A stretch of 64,000 nucleotides of DNA from an uncultured delta proteobacterium (GCA_963716775.1 CAVQUI010000006.1:212740-276739), one strand, 5' to 3'. Numbered from the stretch's first letter, positions 41,972-51,868 are shown. The notes: generated from the letters alone by a model not told the origin. Numbers and translations are program-made.

Positions 41972-42621
41972 ATGGCCAAGCAAATCCAAGCAAGGTAGAG
42001 GCTCAACGGCAGCTCTTCGAGACGGAGGCACGGCCCCATCTCGATACGCTCTATTCGGTGGCCTTGCGCCTGACCCGCTCCCCGGTGGATGCGGAGGACC
42101 TCGTGCAAGACACCCTGGTACGAGCGTATCGCTTCTATGAGCGCTTCGAGGCAGGGACCAACTTCAAGGCCTGGCTTCTCAGGATTCAGATGAACAGCTT
42201 CGTCAACCGCTACCGGCGGAAGAGTCGCGAGCGAGAGGTCTTTGACGGCCCGATGGCGACGCCGGTCGGGGAGGGCGTGATGAGCCGCGCGACCATGCGT
42301 GGCCTGACCGATCCCGTGGGTGATGCGGAGCGGCGATTGATTGGGCAGGAGATCAACCGCGCCTTCGACGAGCTCTCCGACGATGCCCGCGCCATGGTCA
42401 TGCTCGCTGACGTCGAAGAGCTTTCGTACAAAGAGATCTCCGACATCGTCGGCTGCCCGATCGGCACGGTGATGTCTCGGCTGCACCGGGCCCGTAAGCA
42501 GCTCCAGGCCTCGCTTCAGAAGCACGCGGTCCAACTTGGCATCATCGACGAAGAAGACGGCGAATTTGAAAGTCCGATTCCGCTCGAAGCGTTTCGTTCG
42601 AGAAAGGCGGCGAAGTCATGA
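41972..42621 (+). CDS. ECF-type RNA polymerase sigma factor; apparent -1 frame disruption near 41994-41995
   Basis: ORF 42058..42621 has region 2 (DAEDLVQDTLVRAYRFYERFE..NFKAWLLRI) and region 4 (LSYKEISDIVGCPIGTVMSRLHRARKQL). The in-frame upstream stretch (EAQRQLFETEARPHLDTLYS) has no start codon. The ATG at 41972 (MAKQIQAR) joins it if one G is added in the GG run. Confidence 0.75.
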
Positions 42622-43409
42622 GTTGTAGGCTCGTGCGACGTCATCTCGGTGCATTCGTCGACGGCGAGCTCGATCCGGCATCGCAGATCGAGTTTGAACG
42701 TCACTTGGAGGCATGCCCGGGGTGTCAGGAGAACCTCGCGTTTGAACGCTCGTTGCGTCAGCTGACGCGTGAGTCGATTGGAGACGTTCACGCACCCGAG
42801 CACGTCTGGGGCAGAACCCTTCATCGCTTCGACGAAATCGACGCGACCCGGGCGGAACGCAATTCGATCGAAGCGCGGCCGATGCAGCTACGACACACCT
42901 GGCCCATCGCGACTGCCGCGGCGGCGGTGTTGATCATCGGTGGAATCATGGGTCTGCCCGAAAGCACCCAGTACCAGGGTGCCGGAATGCTCCAAGACGT
43001 CATCAACCTGCATTCGCAGGCCTTGCCCTCGGACGTCCAGGCCGAAGCGCCGCAGGAGGTCGTTCGCTACTTCCAGGGCAAGACCCCGTTTCCGGTGAGG
43101 CCGGCTCAGTTCGAGGAGCCCGGAATGAAATTCGTCGGCGCTCGCTACATCAGAGTCGGCACCCAACCGGCCGCCGCCCTCTACTACAACCACGGCGGCC
43201 GCCGCGTGACGCTGCTGGTCTTTCAGTCCCCGGAAATCATGCGGAACGCGCACCGCACACATGTCGGTGGCCGTGAACTCTACTATCACAATGTGGGCGG
43301 CAACGTGGTGACCATCCGTCAGCACGGCGGCGTGAACTACGCCTTTTTTGGAGACCTGGATCGTCCGGTGCTCTTCCAGCTTGCGGCCAACGCCCGCGTT
43401 GCCTACTGA
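42618..43409 (+). CDS. Anti-sigma factor (zf-HC2, single TM, periplasmic domain)
   Basis: The 263-aa ORF has the zinc motif H-x3-C-x2-C (HLEACPGC) and a TM helix (WPIATAAAAVLIIGGIMGL). Its start overlaps the sigma gene's stop (ATGA). Confidence 0.75.
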   Translation: MSCRLVRRHLGAFVDGELDPASQIEFERHLEACPGCQENLAFERSLRQLTRESIGDVHAPEHVWGRTLHRFDEIDATRAERNSIEARPMQLRHTWPIATAAAAVLIIGGIMGLPESTQYQGAGMLQDVINLHSQALPSDVQAEAPQEVVRYFQGKTPFPVRPAQFEEPGMKFVGARYIRVGTQPAAALYYNHGGRRVTLLVFQSPEIMRNAHRTHVGGRELYYHNVGGNVVTIRQHGGVNYAFFGDLDRPVLFQLAANARVAY

Positions 43410-43447
43410 GACGCTCGCGGCATCCCCAAATCGCCCGCTCTGCAACG

Positions 43448-43477
43448 TTGACAGGGCAAGGCCTGGGCCTCTATTCT
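43448..43477 (+). promoter_or_regulatory. Candidate sigma-70-type promoter for the coiled-coil gene
   Basis: TTGACA (43448-43453), an 18-nt spacer, then TATTCT (43472-43477). This would give a leader of about 105 nt before the ATG at 43590. Confidence 0.35.
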
Positions 43478-43589
43478 TTTTCTGACAGAGGCGTAACTTT
43501 GCATGCGCTTGGGGGCTGGATTGGAAGCACTCTCGTTCACAGGACGAGAAGGCTGCTAACCTTGCCGCGGGATTCGAAGGGGAGACCAG

Positions 43590-45251
43590 ATGTCGGAGGA
43601 CAACATGTCGAGCGATTTGCCAAACAGGGGCGGGGAACCGACCGAGATCGACGACGAAATCGATGAGTTCGCTGAGACGGCCTTCGATGCGCTCTTGATG
43701 GGCGGCGAGACGAAGCAGCCCTCCGAGAGTCCTGAGTTCGCGGACGCCGTGGAATCTGTGGACGAGGGAACCGGCGAGTACGAGGACGTGGAGCTCGATG
43801 ACGTGATCATGGTCTCCGACGTGCCACCCGACGAAGTGTCGAGTGCAACCGTACCTCCTTCGGCGCCTCCGCCTGCGTCCGTCCGACCGGCAACTGCGCC
43901 GCCTGCGCCGAGTGAGGCTCCCGCGACGGGCCAAATCGAAGTCGCGCGATTGCGCTCCGAGATCTCGGGTCTCAAGGCAAAGCTCGCCGAGTCATCTGGT
44001 GGTGTTTCCAGTCGTCAGTTCCTCGATCTTCGCGAGGCGCTGAACACGAAGGACAAACAGATTCTCGAGCTCCGCGACCAGGTGAGCGGGCGAGACAAGG
44101 AAATCATCGACCTCAGGGATCAGTCGATCGTTCTCGAGCGTGCGCGCGCCGATTTCGACGAGAAGACCGCCGAGCTCGAGCACTCCTTGTCGAGGGCGCA
44201 AGAATCGATTGCGACTTTGACCGAGGACAAGGAGAGCGCCAACAAGCGATACGAAGACGTGAAGGCCCGCTTCGAGCGCGAGAGCGCCAAGGTCGAAACC
44301 CTCGAGTCTGAGCTTGCCCAAGAGCGTGAAGCTCGGGTTGCCGACGTCGAAGCGCTGAAGAGCACGCAGGACGCCGAGATGGCGAGGCTCCGAGTGGCAC
44401 AGGAAGAGGCCATGGACCTGGCGAAGGCCGAGTCCGCGGCAGCGCTCGCCAATGCGCGAGAAGATCGCGAGGCCGCTCTGCACGCAGCGACGAGCGAGAA
44501 AGAAACCGCGCTGGCCTCGCTTCGTTCGGAGCTTACCGATTCGCAGGCTGCCGCCCTGGCGCAAGCCGCCGCAGCCGCCGAGGCCGCCAAGCAGGCAGCC
44601 CTGGCTGCTCTCACCGAGGAGCTCGACCAGGCTGCTTCAAGCAAGATGGCCGAGGCCGAGGCCATGTGGCAGCGGAGCATGGGAGAGCGCGAAGCCGCAC
44701 TTCAGAGCGAGAAGCAACTCGAGATCGAGACACGGGAGCAAGAGCATTCCAAGCAACTCGCGACCTTGGGCCGCAAGCTTGCCGATACCGAGACCGAGCT
44801 TTCAGGCGCGCGCGAGCGTGAGACGCTGAACGAAGAGCGGGCGATCGAGCTCGACGCAAAGCTCACTGAGGCCAGCACCGAGCTGGAAGGCGTCAAGACT
44901 CTGCTCGTCGAGACGCAGGGGATTCGGGATCGCTTCCAAGATGAGCTCGGAAACGTCAAAGAAGCGCGCGACGGGCTGCAAGCCGAGCTCGATGCCAGCC
45001 GCGCCAGAGTCGAGACTCTGGAGGGCAGCAAGCGCGAGCTCGAGTCTCGCGTCGGCTCACTCGAGGCGATGAAGTCGCAGCTCGAATCGAAGCTGTCGAT
45101 GGCCGTCGAGAAGATCGCGACCGACGACGAGCTCCTCAAGCGCGTGCGCAAGGCAATGGCCATCGGCCTGAGCTTGCTCGAAGAGCAGGAGAAGAACACC
45201 TACGGGAACGCTACCGACGAGATGGAACGCGTTTCCGAGGACGCCGAGTAG
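43590..45251 (+). CDS. Long coiled-coil protein of unknown function, with an acidic N-terminus and a Pro-rich linker
   Basis: The 553-aa ORF has about 400 aa of heptad-like E/A/L/K/R-rich sequence (e.g. ILELRDQVSGRDKEIIDLRDQSIVLERARADFDEKTAELE). There are no enzymatic motifs. Confidence 0.6.
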   Translation: MSEDNMSSDLPNRGGEPTEIDDEIDEFAETAFDALLMGGETKQPSESPEFADAVESVDEGTGEYEDVELDDVIMVSDVPPDEVSSATVPPSAPPPASVRPATAPPAPSEAPATGQIEVARLRSEISGLKAKLAESSGGVSSRQFLDLREALNTKDKQILELRDQVSGRDKEIIDLRDQSIVLERARADFDEKTAELEHSLSRAQESIATLTEDKESANKRYEDVKARFERESAKVETLESELAQEREARVADVEALKSTQDAEMARLRVAQEEAMDLAKAESAAALANAREDREAALHAATSEKETALASLRSELTDSQAAALAQAAAAAEAAKQAALAALTEELDQAASSKMAEAEAMWQRSMGEREAALQSEKQLEIETREQEHSKQLATLGRKLADTETELSGARERETLNEERAIELDAKLTEASTELEGVKTLLVETQGIRDRFQDELGNVKEARDGLQAELDASRARVETLEGSKRELESRVGSLEAMKSQLESKLSMAVEKIATDDELLKRVRKAMAIGLSLLEEQEKNTYGNATDEMERVSEDAE

Positions 45252-45295
45252 GAGCGGGCTGCGTCGACGCAAGTCCGGGCGCGCTCGGGTTGGCG

Positions 45296-46213
45296 TCATG
45301 CTTCTCGATCGAGCGTACCAGCAAGCCGAGGTCGCGCTGCGCCAGTGGGGGCGGCGGGAGCTTCGGCGATCATCGCGAGGAACGCCTCGGCGTTCGCCGG
45401 GCGCTCTGCGGGATCGGCGGCCAGGAGAGACTCAATGGCGTCTGCCATGGGCCCTGGGGTCTGGGGCGCTGCATCGCGCAAGTGCTCGTGTTGGCCAGTT
45501 CGGGCCCGATCGAGCGTCTGGATATCGCTGCCTCCGTCGAAGGGTCGGTACCCGGCTAGGCACTCGTAGAGCAGCACGCCGAGCGAGAACAGGTCTGAGC
45601 GCGCGCTGCACTCACGGCCTAGCGCATACTCAGGCGCCATGTACGGAATCTTTCCCTTGAGGGCGCCGCTCTGAATGCTGCCGGGCAGGTTCATGGCCTT
45701 GGCAATTCCAAAGTCAGCAAGCTTCACTTCACCTGCTCTGCTCAGAAGCACGTTCGAGGGTGACACGTCGCGATGAATGATCCCGAAGGCCTGACCGTCG
45801 TCGTCGGCGGTGTGCGCGAAACCGAGTGCCGAGCCAAGCGCGTGGGCGAGGTAGGACGTGAGGCCGGTGCAGAGCGGTTCGCCTCGCCGGCGCAACTGAC
45901 GCAGAGCCGCGCGAAGGTCCGTGCCCTCGATCAGCTCGAGCGTGAGATAGTGAGTGTCGCCTGGTTGCCGAAGTCGAGCACGCGCGCGATGTGGCCGTGG
46001 TTGAGAAGCGCCGACATGCGAGCCTCTCGGCGAAACATATCGACGAAGTCCGCCTCGTTCGCGAAGGTTGGCAGGATTCGCTTGAGGCAGACGCGCTGCT
46101 CGAAGTCCGCAGGCCCACGCCGAACCGCAACAAAGGTCTCGGCCATACCGCCGACGCCAAGCCGTTCGAGTAGCTCGTAGTCACCGAAGTGTTCGAGGAT
46201 CGTCGGCAGGCAT
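45296..46213 (-). pseudogene. Small Ser/Thr protein kinase with two frame disruptions (near 46205 and 45960)
   Basis: The gene is in three pieces. First, the ATG at 46213 gives MPAD. Second, ILEHFGDYELLERLGVGGMAETF...CLKRI...HGHIARVLDFGNQ (frame of ORF 45931..46146). Third, GDTHYLTLELIEGTDL...IIHRDVSPSNVLL...KLADFGIAK...YMAPE (frame of ORF 45296..45895). This is either real decay or assembly indels. Confidence 0.6.
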
Positions 46214-46257
46214 CAGCCGAACAAGATATCACACCGGAGGAGCTTCAGGGTCGAAGC

Positions 46258-47354
46258 TCAGCGAAGCGCGTCTTCGAGTGCGCCGAGGCAGAGCTCGACG
46301 TGGTGCGGCGTGGCTGAGGCACCCATCAGGCCAATCCGCCAGGCCTTGCCTTTGAAGAGTCCGAGGCCGCCGCCGATTTCGAGTCCATGGTCAGCGAGGA
46401 GCTTCGCGCGCACCTGGCGGTCGTCGACGCCTTCGGGGATGCGAACCAGGCTGAGAGGAGGGAGGCGATCCGGTTCGGCGACCGGGAGCTCCGAGTCCTA
46501 GGGCTTCGAGGCCTTGGCGAAGCGCCTCGGCTTGCTGACGGTGACGTGCGTACCTGGCGTCGAGGCCTTCTTCGAGGACGAGGCGGAGCGCTTCGTGGAG
46601 GGCGAAGATCATGTTGACCGGTGCGGTGTGGTGATAGATCCGTTCGCCCCCGAAGTACAGGCCGAGCAGGTTCAAATCGAAGTACCAACTTCGGACAGAC
46701 GTCTTACGAGTGGACAAGACGCGACGAGCACGCTCCGAAATCGAAACCGGTGACAGACCCGGCGGGCACGAAAGACACTTCTGCGTGCCGGAGTACACCG
46801 CGTCGATGCCAATGCGATCGACGTCGACTGCGACACCACCGAGCGAGGTGACGGCGTCGACGAGGAGCAGCGCGTCACAGGAATCTGCAATAGCGCGAAA
46901 CGGACGGAGGTCTTGAAGCACACCAGTCGAGGTTTCCGCGTGTACGATCGCGAGCAGTTTGAATGAGCGATCCTTCGCCGCCTTCGCTACGTCATCCGGA
47001 TCGATCGCCTGACCCCAGGGTGCGTCGACCAGCGTGACCTCTGCGCCGCAACGCCGTGCGACCTCGGCCATGCGTCCGCCGAACACTCCGTTGCGGCAGA
47101 TGAGCGCATGGTCCCCGGGTTCTAGGAGATTCACGAAGCAGGTCTCCATTCCCGCCGAGCCCGTGGCCGACATGGGAATCGTCAATGCGTTCTCGGTGCC
47201 AAACACCTGTCGAAGCATGGCTTGCGTCTCATCCAGGACTTGGAGAAACACCGGATCGAGATGTCCGATCGTAGGCCGCGAGAGCGCCTTCAACACAGGC
47301 GCCGGGACGTCCGAAGGCCCCGGGCCCCATCAAGATTCTCTTGGTCGAACTCAT
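46258..47354 (-). CDS. Class V pyridoxal-phosphate aminotransferase (serine-pyruvate / alanine-glyoxylate type), with two apparent +1 frame disruptions (near 47318-47321 and 46494)
   Basis: [12 protein letters not shown] (from the ATG at 47354) joins [22 protein letters not shown]...[16 protein letters not shown] (ORF 46391..47296). That in turn joins [24 protein letters not shown]...[14 protein letters not shown]...LEDALR, which stops at 46258. Confidence 0.75.
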
Positions 47355-47365
47355 CCGGGCACCAT

Positions 47366-47403
47366 ACAAGAGAAAACCCCTCGAAAAAGACATTTCCGAG
47401 GGG
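47366..47403 (-). terminator. Rho-independent terminator downstream of lexA
   Basis: On the minus strand, CCCCTCG-13 nt-CGAGGGG (plus-strand coordinates 47377-47403) is followed by TTTTCTCTTG. Confidence 0.6.
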
Positions 47404-47457
47404 TTCATCGTACGAAAGAAGGGACAGGGCCCTTTTTGAAAGACTAAGAGCGGGCGA

Positions 47458-48108
47458 CTAGTTCAGGCGCCGGTACACGCCCACCACGACACCGAGCACT
47501 TGGGTGGTGCGCCAGTCGTTCTTTGGAATGAGAATAGGCGCCATGGCCTTGTTGGCGGGCTGCAGGCGAACGTGCTCGCGCTCCGGGTAGTAGTATTTGC
47601 AGGTGGCTTCGTCGCCGACGAGGGCGATGATGACCTCGCCGCGGTTGGCGGTGAGCTGCTTGCGCACGAACACGAAGTCGCCGTCGAAGATACCCGCCTC
47701 GATCATCGAGTCGCCGGTGACACGAAGGCCGAAGACGTCGCGCTGGCCGCCGATGAGCATGCGGTCGATGTGCACGGTGTCCTCAGGGTGCTCAATCGCT
47801 TCGCTCAGGGCGCCCGCAGCAACTCGGCCGACGATGGGAATCGCGATCAGGTCGTCATTGGAGGACGGCGGGCGGCTGCTCGGCCTGCCATCCGGAGTCT
47901 TCATCAGACGGAGGGTACGGGACTTCATGTCCTCTCGGGTCAGGTAGCCCTTTCGCTCGAGCGCCCGAAGGTGGTCGTTCACGCCGTTGGTGCTGCGAAT
48001 GCCGAGATGGTTGCCGATTTCGCGCAGTGTGGGTGGGTACCCCCTGGAGTGAATCGAGTCCGAAATATACTCAAGCACCGCCTTTTGGCGCGCCGTTAGC
48101 TTATGCAT
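47458..48108 (-). CDS. lexA: SOS repressor LexA
   Basis: This is ORF 47458..48126, read from the ATG at 48108. It has LTARQKAVLEYI...GYPPTLREIG, the cleavage site VAAG, and the catalytic GDSM...VALVGDEATCK. Confidence 0.9.
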   Translation of the reverse strand: MHKLTARQKAVLEYISDSIHSRGYPPTLREIGNHLGIRSTNGVNDHLRALERKGYLTREDMKSRTLRLMKTPDGRPSSRPPSSNDDLIAIPIVGRVAAGALSEAIEHPEDTVHIDRMLIGGQRDVFGLRVTGDSMIEAGIFDGDFVFVRKQLTANRGEVIIALVGDEATCKYYYPEREHVRLQPANKAMAPILIPKNDWRTTQVLGVVVGVYRRLN

Positions 48109-48195
48109 GCTTTCCCCCGCTCGCATCTCTCACCGCCTTCTCTTTTGCTCTCGTTGCTGCACAAATGTCCCCTGCAATGCTGAGCAGGTGGGACA

Positions 48196-48224
48196 AAGGT
48201 ACATATTGTCGCCAATCTTGTCAA
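48196..48224 (-). promoter_or_regulatory. Candidate lexA promoter with an overlapping AT-rich near-palindrome
   Basis: On the minus strand, TTGACA (48224-48219), a 17-nt spacer, then TACCTT (48201-48196). The spacer contains GACAATATGTAC (ACA-N3-TGT symmetry). Confidence 0.3.
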
Positions 48225-48250
48225 AGAAGCGACGATCCGTGCAGGGCTGC

Positions 48251-49291
48251 TCAGCTGAACCCGCCTGGGCCCTCGTCCGCCGAGCCTGAGTCGCAGGGTT
48301 CCTCGCTGAGCGGAGGGGCGTTCCGGGGCCTGCTAAGAGCCCCTGAAATCGCCTGGACCGGCGAGAAGCCGAGCAGGCCTTCGAGACCCTTGCCATCGGT
48401 CAGCCCCCGCCAGAACCCCTGGGCGATGGTGACGAGCTCCTTGCTGTCGATCTGCTCGAGCGCCTGGAGCGCGTACTGGGCTGCGCCACCGAGCACGTCG
48501 AGCCCCAGGCCAGCTGCTACGTAGCCGGGAACCGGGTGCAGCATCAGCTCGCGCGTCGCGAAGGCCATCGCCCAGTCGCCGGCTTGGCGGCCGCTGAGTA
48601 AGGCCTGCGCGGTCGAGAGCTCCATGAAGAACCCGATGTGGATCGGGCCGAGCTCCCGTTCGACGGCCTTGGCGATCACACGGTGATCACGCCGCCATGC
48701 GCCGCCGAGCGGACCGGCCCATTCCGAGATTGCAGCAGGCCCGGCGAACACATCGAAGTTGCCGCCATTTCGCCGAAGCACCGCGCCAGTCCAGAGCTCG
48801 CCCTCGTCGAAGACGCCTAGCAGGACACTCATCCCATCCGGCAAGAGGAAGTCGATCGCCGGTTTCGCCGCGGGCGCCGCCGCGAGGAGAAGGTCGGGGA
48901 GGGGGTTCGGCCAGACTCGAAGCCAGTTGCCACTGCCGAGCTCGCGTAGGACGTGCGCAAAGCGCATGACTCGCGTGACGAAGTCCTGGTCCGGGTCCAA
49001 GGGCTCGGCGAGATAGTCCCCGAGCTCAGGCATGGCGCGCTCTCGCATCACGATGCATCCGCCCGCGCCCGACGCCTCGCAGAGCGCTCCAAGGTCGCTC
49101 GGGGGGGGAAGCGTGCTGGGGTCGAGTGAGCCTTTGGCCGTATGAAAATAGGCCAGGGGTGCTCGATCCGCATCGACGAGCACCACGAGCACCCCATCGG
49201 CGTCCTGGCGGTTCTCTCCCAAGAAGAGGGATAGCAGCCGATCCCACGAGGTTTCGTCGAAGCCGTAGAAGGCGAAGTCCTCGCTGATCAC
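48251..49291 (-). CDS. Hypothetical cytoplasmic protein, immediately upstream of lexA on the same strand
   Basis: This 346-aa ORF has codon usage like its neighbours. I recognise no motif, signal peptide or TM segment. Confidence 0.5.
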   Translation of the reverse strand: MISEDFAFYGFDETSWDRLLSLFLGENRQDADGVLVVLVDADRAPLAYFHTAKGSLDPSTLPPPSDLGALCEASGAGGCIVMRERAMPELGDYLAEPLDPDQDFVTRVMRFAHVLRELGSGNWLRVWPNPLPDLLLAAAPAAKPAIDFLLPDGMSVLLGVFDEGELWTGAVLRRNGGNFDVFAGPAAISEWAGPLGGAWRRDHRVIAKAVERELGPIHIGFFMELSTAQALLSGRQAGDWAMAFATRELMLHPVPGYVAAGLGLDVLGGAAQYALQALEQIDSKELVTIAQGFWRGLTDGKGLEGLLGFSPVQAISGALSRPRNAPPLSEEPCDSGSADEGPGGFS

Positions 49292-49315
49292 GGCGCGGAC
49301 TCTAGCACGTTCGAG

Positions 49316-51837
49316 CTAGTTGAGGGTCCCTACTGCGGCGGGGTAGGCGTCGACCATGAGATAGACCCGAAGGCTGTCCGGCACCGCGTCGACTTCGCGG
49401 AGGTCGACCGACACCGATCGCAGGGTTCCGGTTGCTGGCGCCTTCTCCGTGCTCTCGGTGTAGTTGAGGCCGACCGGCGTACCCGTCGCGGCATCGAGAA
49501 GGAGCAAGCCGAAGTTGTGCTCTTCGCTCAGTAGAGCAGTGTCCGTGAGAGTCGCAATGACGCCGTCGCCTCCACGCGAAAACTCGACAGCACCGATCCC
49601 CGGCGGCGCCGATTGAATACCATCACCGTCGAAGGCCCGAAACTCGGCGCCACCCACGGCGTCGAGCAAACCCGTCTCGCGATTGCAGAAGCCGAGCAGG
49701 TCCAGGAAGTCGCCGTAGAATGTGATCTCGTCGCAGATTGTCTTGGCGTTGAGCCAGGGGCTGTGCGTGGCGGTTCCTCGTGCGTCGAGGGTTGTGGCGA
49801 CACGGAAGAACTGAAACGGCAGCGGGAAACCGTTGAACTCGATCGTGAAGCCCTCTTCGTTGATCATGGTCAGGAGCCCGTCGTCCCAGCGAAACACCAG
49901 TGGGAAGCGAACCTCGGAGCTCGGACTCGCGATGGTGTTTCCTTGTGCGTCGAGGGTGCCTCCGACGCCCCAGGCGATGATCTCGTCACCGTCTTCTTCA
50001 ACCAGGCCCATCACATAGTGAATCGAATCGAAGCCGATTTGGTTGTAGCTCGGCAGGATCGTGGGTAGCGGCGCAGCGATGCGGTAGAGCTCGACGACGC
50101 CGGTGTCGTCACCCGGTGCATCAGCCACGATGAAGGGGAACGCGGTTGTGCTGCGGGCCCCGATGGTGAAGGTGAAGGTCTCGTCGAAGGAACCGCCGAC
50201 TCCAGGCCGAAACTTGAAGCGCAGACCGTTGCGGCTCGTGAGATCGTCGAGATAGTCGCCCTTGACCTGGACCGTGATCGTGCCCCCTGCGTCGCCGACC
50301 CAGGGAGTCTTCGGGATGACGGTGATGTAGCGGCGGTCGCCCGACACGTCAGCGTCGATCTCCGTCCCGCTGTCCGTGGTGACCTCGATGCTGTCTGACG
50401 CGATTGCAGTCAGCTTCGTGTTTCCGTTCTCGCGGACGAACAGGGTGAAGGTGAGCGCCTGGTTCGCCGTGATCTCGCTGGGCGGTTCGATCTCGAGTCC
50501 TCCGAAGCTGCTGGTGAACACGAGGAAGACGCCGTCGGCAGGAAGCGGCTCGCCGGGGCCTCGGGTGCAACGCGCATCATTGAGGTTCGGTCGGAGACAG
50601 TAGTCGTAGGGGATGGCAAAGACCTCGCCGGTCTCGCCCGAGAGCACGACGAACTCCTTGCCGAGAGCAGGCGAGGAGTTGAGGTCGTCACGGTCGTCAT
50701 CGATGAGCTGAATGGACCAGCGAAGGGTGCCGTTCGGATTCAGGACGAACATCTGACCCTCACCCGAACCGACGTAGATGTTCCCGTCGCCGTCGATGGC
50801 GGGCGATGAGCGAATCGGCTCGCGTGTGTCGTAACCCCAGATGAACGAACCGTCCTCCGGGTTGATGGCGTAGATCGTACCGTCGGCCGAGGGTTGAATG
50901 ATCGTCCCGTTCGCCGCTTGCGCAGGGCTCGCGTAGATGTGGTCGCGGGCGCCGTATCGCCACTGCTCCTCGCCGTCGCTTTGCCGCAGGCCGTTGAGGT
51001 AACCGTCGAAGCCGCCCACCGAAACGAGGCCTTCGGCGGAGGCGTCCGCCACCATCGGGCTGGCCGCCACCGTGCCGAGTGCAGCGAAGCTCCAGAGCTT
51101 GTCGCCGGCCACCGTGCCAATTCCGAACACGTTCTCCAACAAGGGGTAGTTACTGCCCATGAAGAGGCGCCCGGTTTCCGGATTCAGGGCCGGGAGCGAC
51201 CAGGTCTGATCGCGCGTTACGAAGCACCAGTCGGCGGTGCCGCTATCTCGATCGATCGCATAGGTGCAACGGTTGTCGTTCGGAGCGTACAGCGTACCGT
51301 CCACGCCCATCGCGACATTGCCTTCGAACCAGTTGATCAAAGCCTCATGAAGCGAAGGCGGGTCCGCTTCGAAGGTCCATAGCTCCGTCCCGTCTTCGCG
51401 GTCGAGCGCGTAGAGCAAACCATCGCCCGAGCCGAAGTAGATGTGGCCCCGGTCGTCGAGAAGCGCGGAGGAGTCGACGACCTCTCCGGTGAGCACTTCC
51501 CAGACCTTCGCACCGTTCTTGTCGAGCTTGTAGAAGACCCGGTCGCCGGAGCCCACGTAGACATTGCTATTTCCGTCGATCACGGCCGTGGAGAAGATGC
51601 CTTTGCCGGTCTGAAAAACCCAGGGCTTGGCGCCGGTGTCGATCGGCAAGACGGGGCTTCGGCCTGTTTGCATCGCCGTGCGTCGAAACTTCGGCCAAGG
51701 GCTCGCGCTGTCCATCGGCACCGCGTACTCGAACTCCTCGACCTGCGTCCTCGTCTTCGTCGTGCTCTCGGAGCAAGCCAAGCCGACCGCGAGCACAGAG
51801 CCAAGGATGAGTCCACGCAGCACCGTGTTTGCCTTCA
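49316..51837 (-). CDS. Large lipoprotein with N-terminal PQQ-like beta-propeller repeats and a C-terminal region of about 450 aa of unknown function
   Basis: This is ORF 49316..51847; the ATG at 51837 is preferred (AGAGGTGA Shine-Dalgarno). It has the lipobox VLAVGLACS. Repeats include VYVGSGDRVFYKLDKNGAKVWE, IYFGSGDGLLYALDREDGTELW, GTIYAINPEDGSFIW and IYVGSGEGQMFVLNPNGTLRW. Confidence 0.7.
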
Positions 51838-51843
51838 TGGTCG

Positions 51844-51868
51844 TCACCTCTTTCAGATCGAGGTGACG
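51844..51868 (-). promoter_or_regulatory. Hairpin able to sequester the Shine-Dalgarno of the PQQ-propeller lipoprotein gene
   Basis: The mRNA sense reads GTCACCTC-GATCTGAAA-GAGGTGAC followed by GACC-ATG. This is an 8-bp perfect stem, and the 3' arm contains the GAGGTG Shine-Dalgarno. Confidence 0.3.

Noticed and set aside
48130-48275. A canonical LexA operator upstream of lexA
   Set aside because: I checked for CTGT-N8-ACAG, GAAC-N4-GTTC, GTTC-N7-GTTC and the Myxococcus-type ...GTTCAGS box. Only partial resemblances were found: GACAATATGTAC in the promoter spacer, and a GTTCAGC inside the upstream coding region without the required 5' half. It is reported only as a low-confidence candidate.
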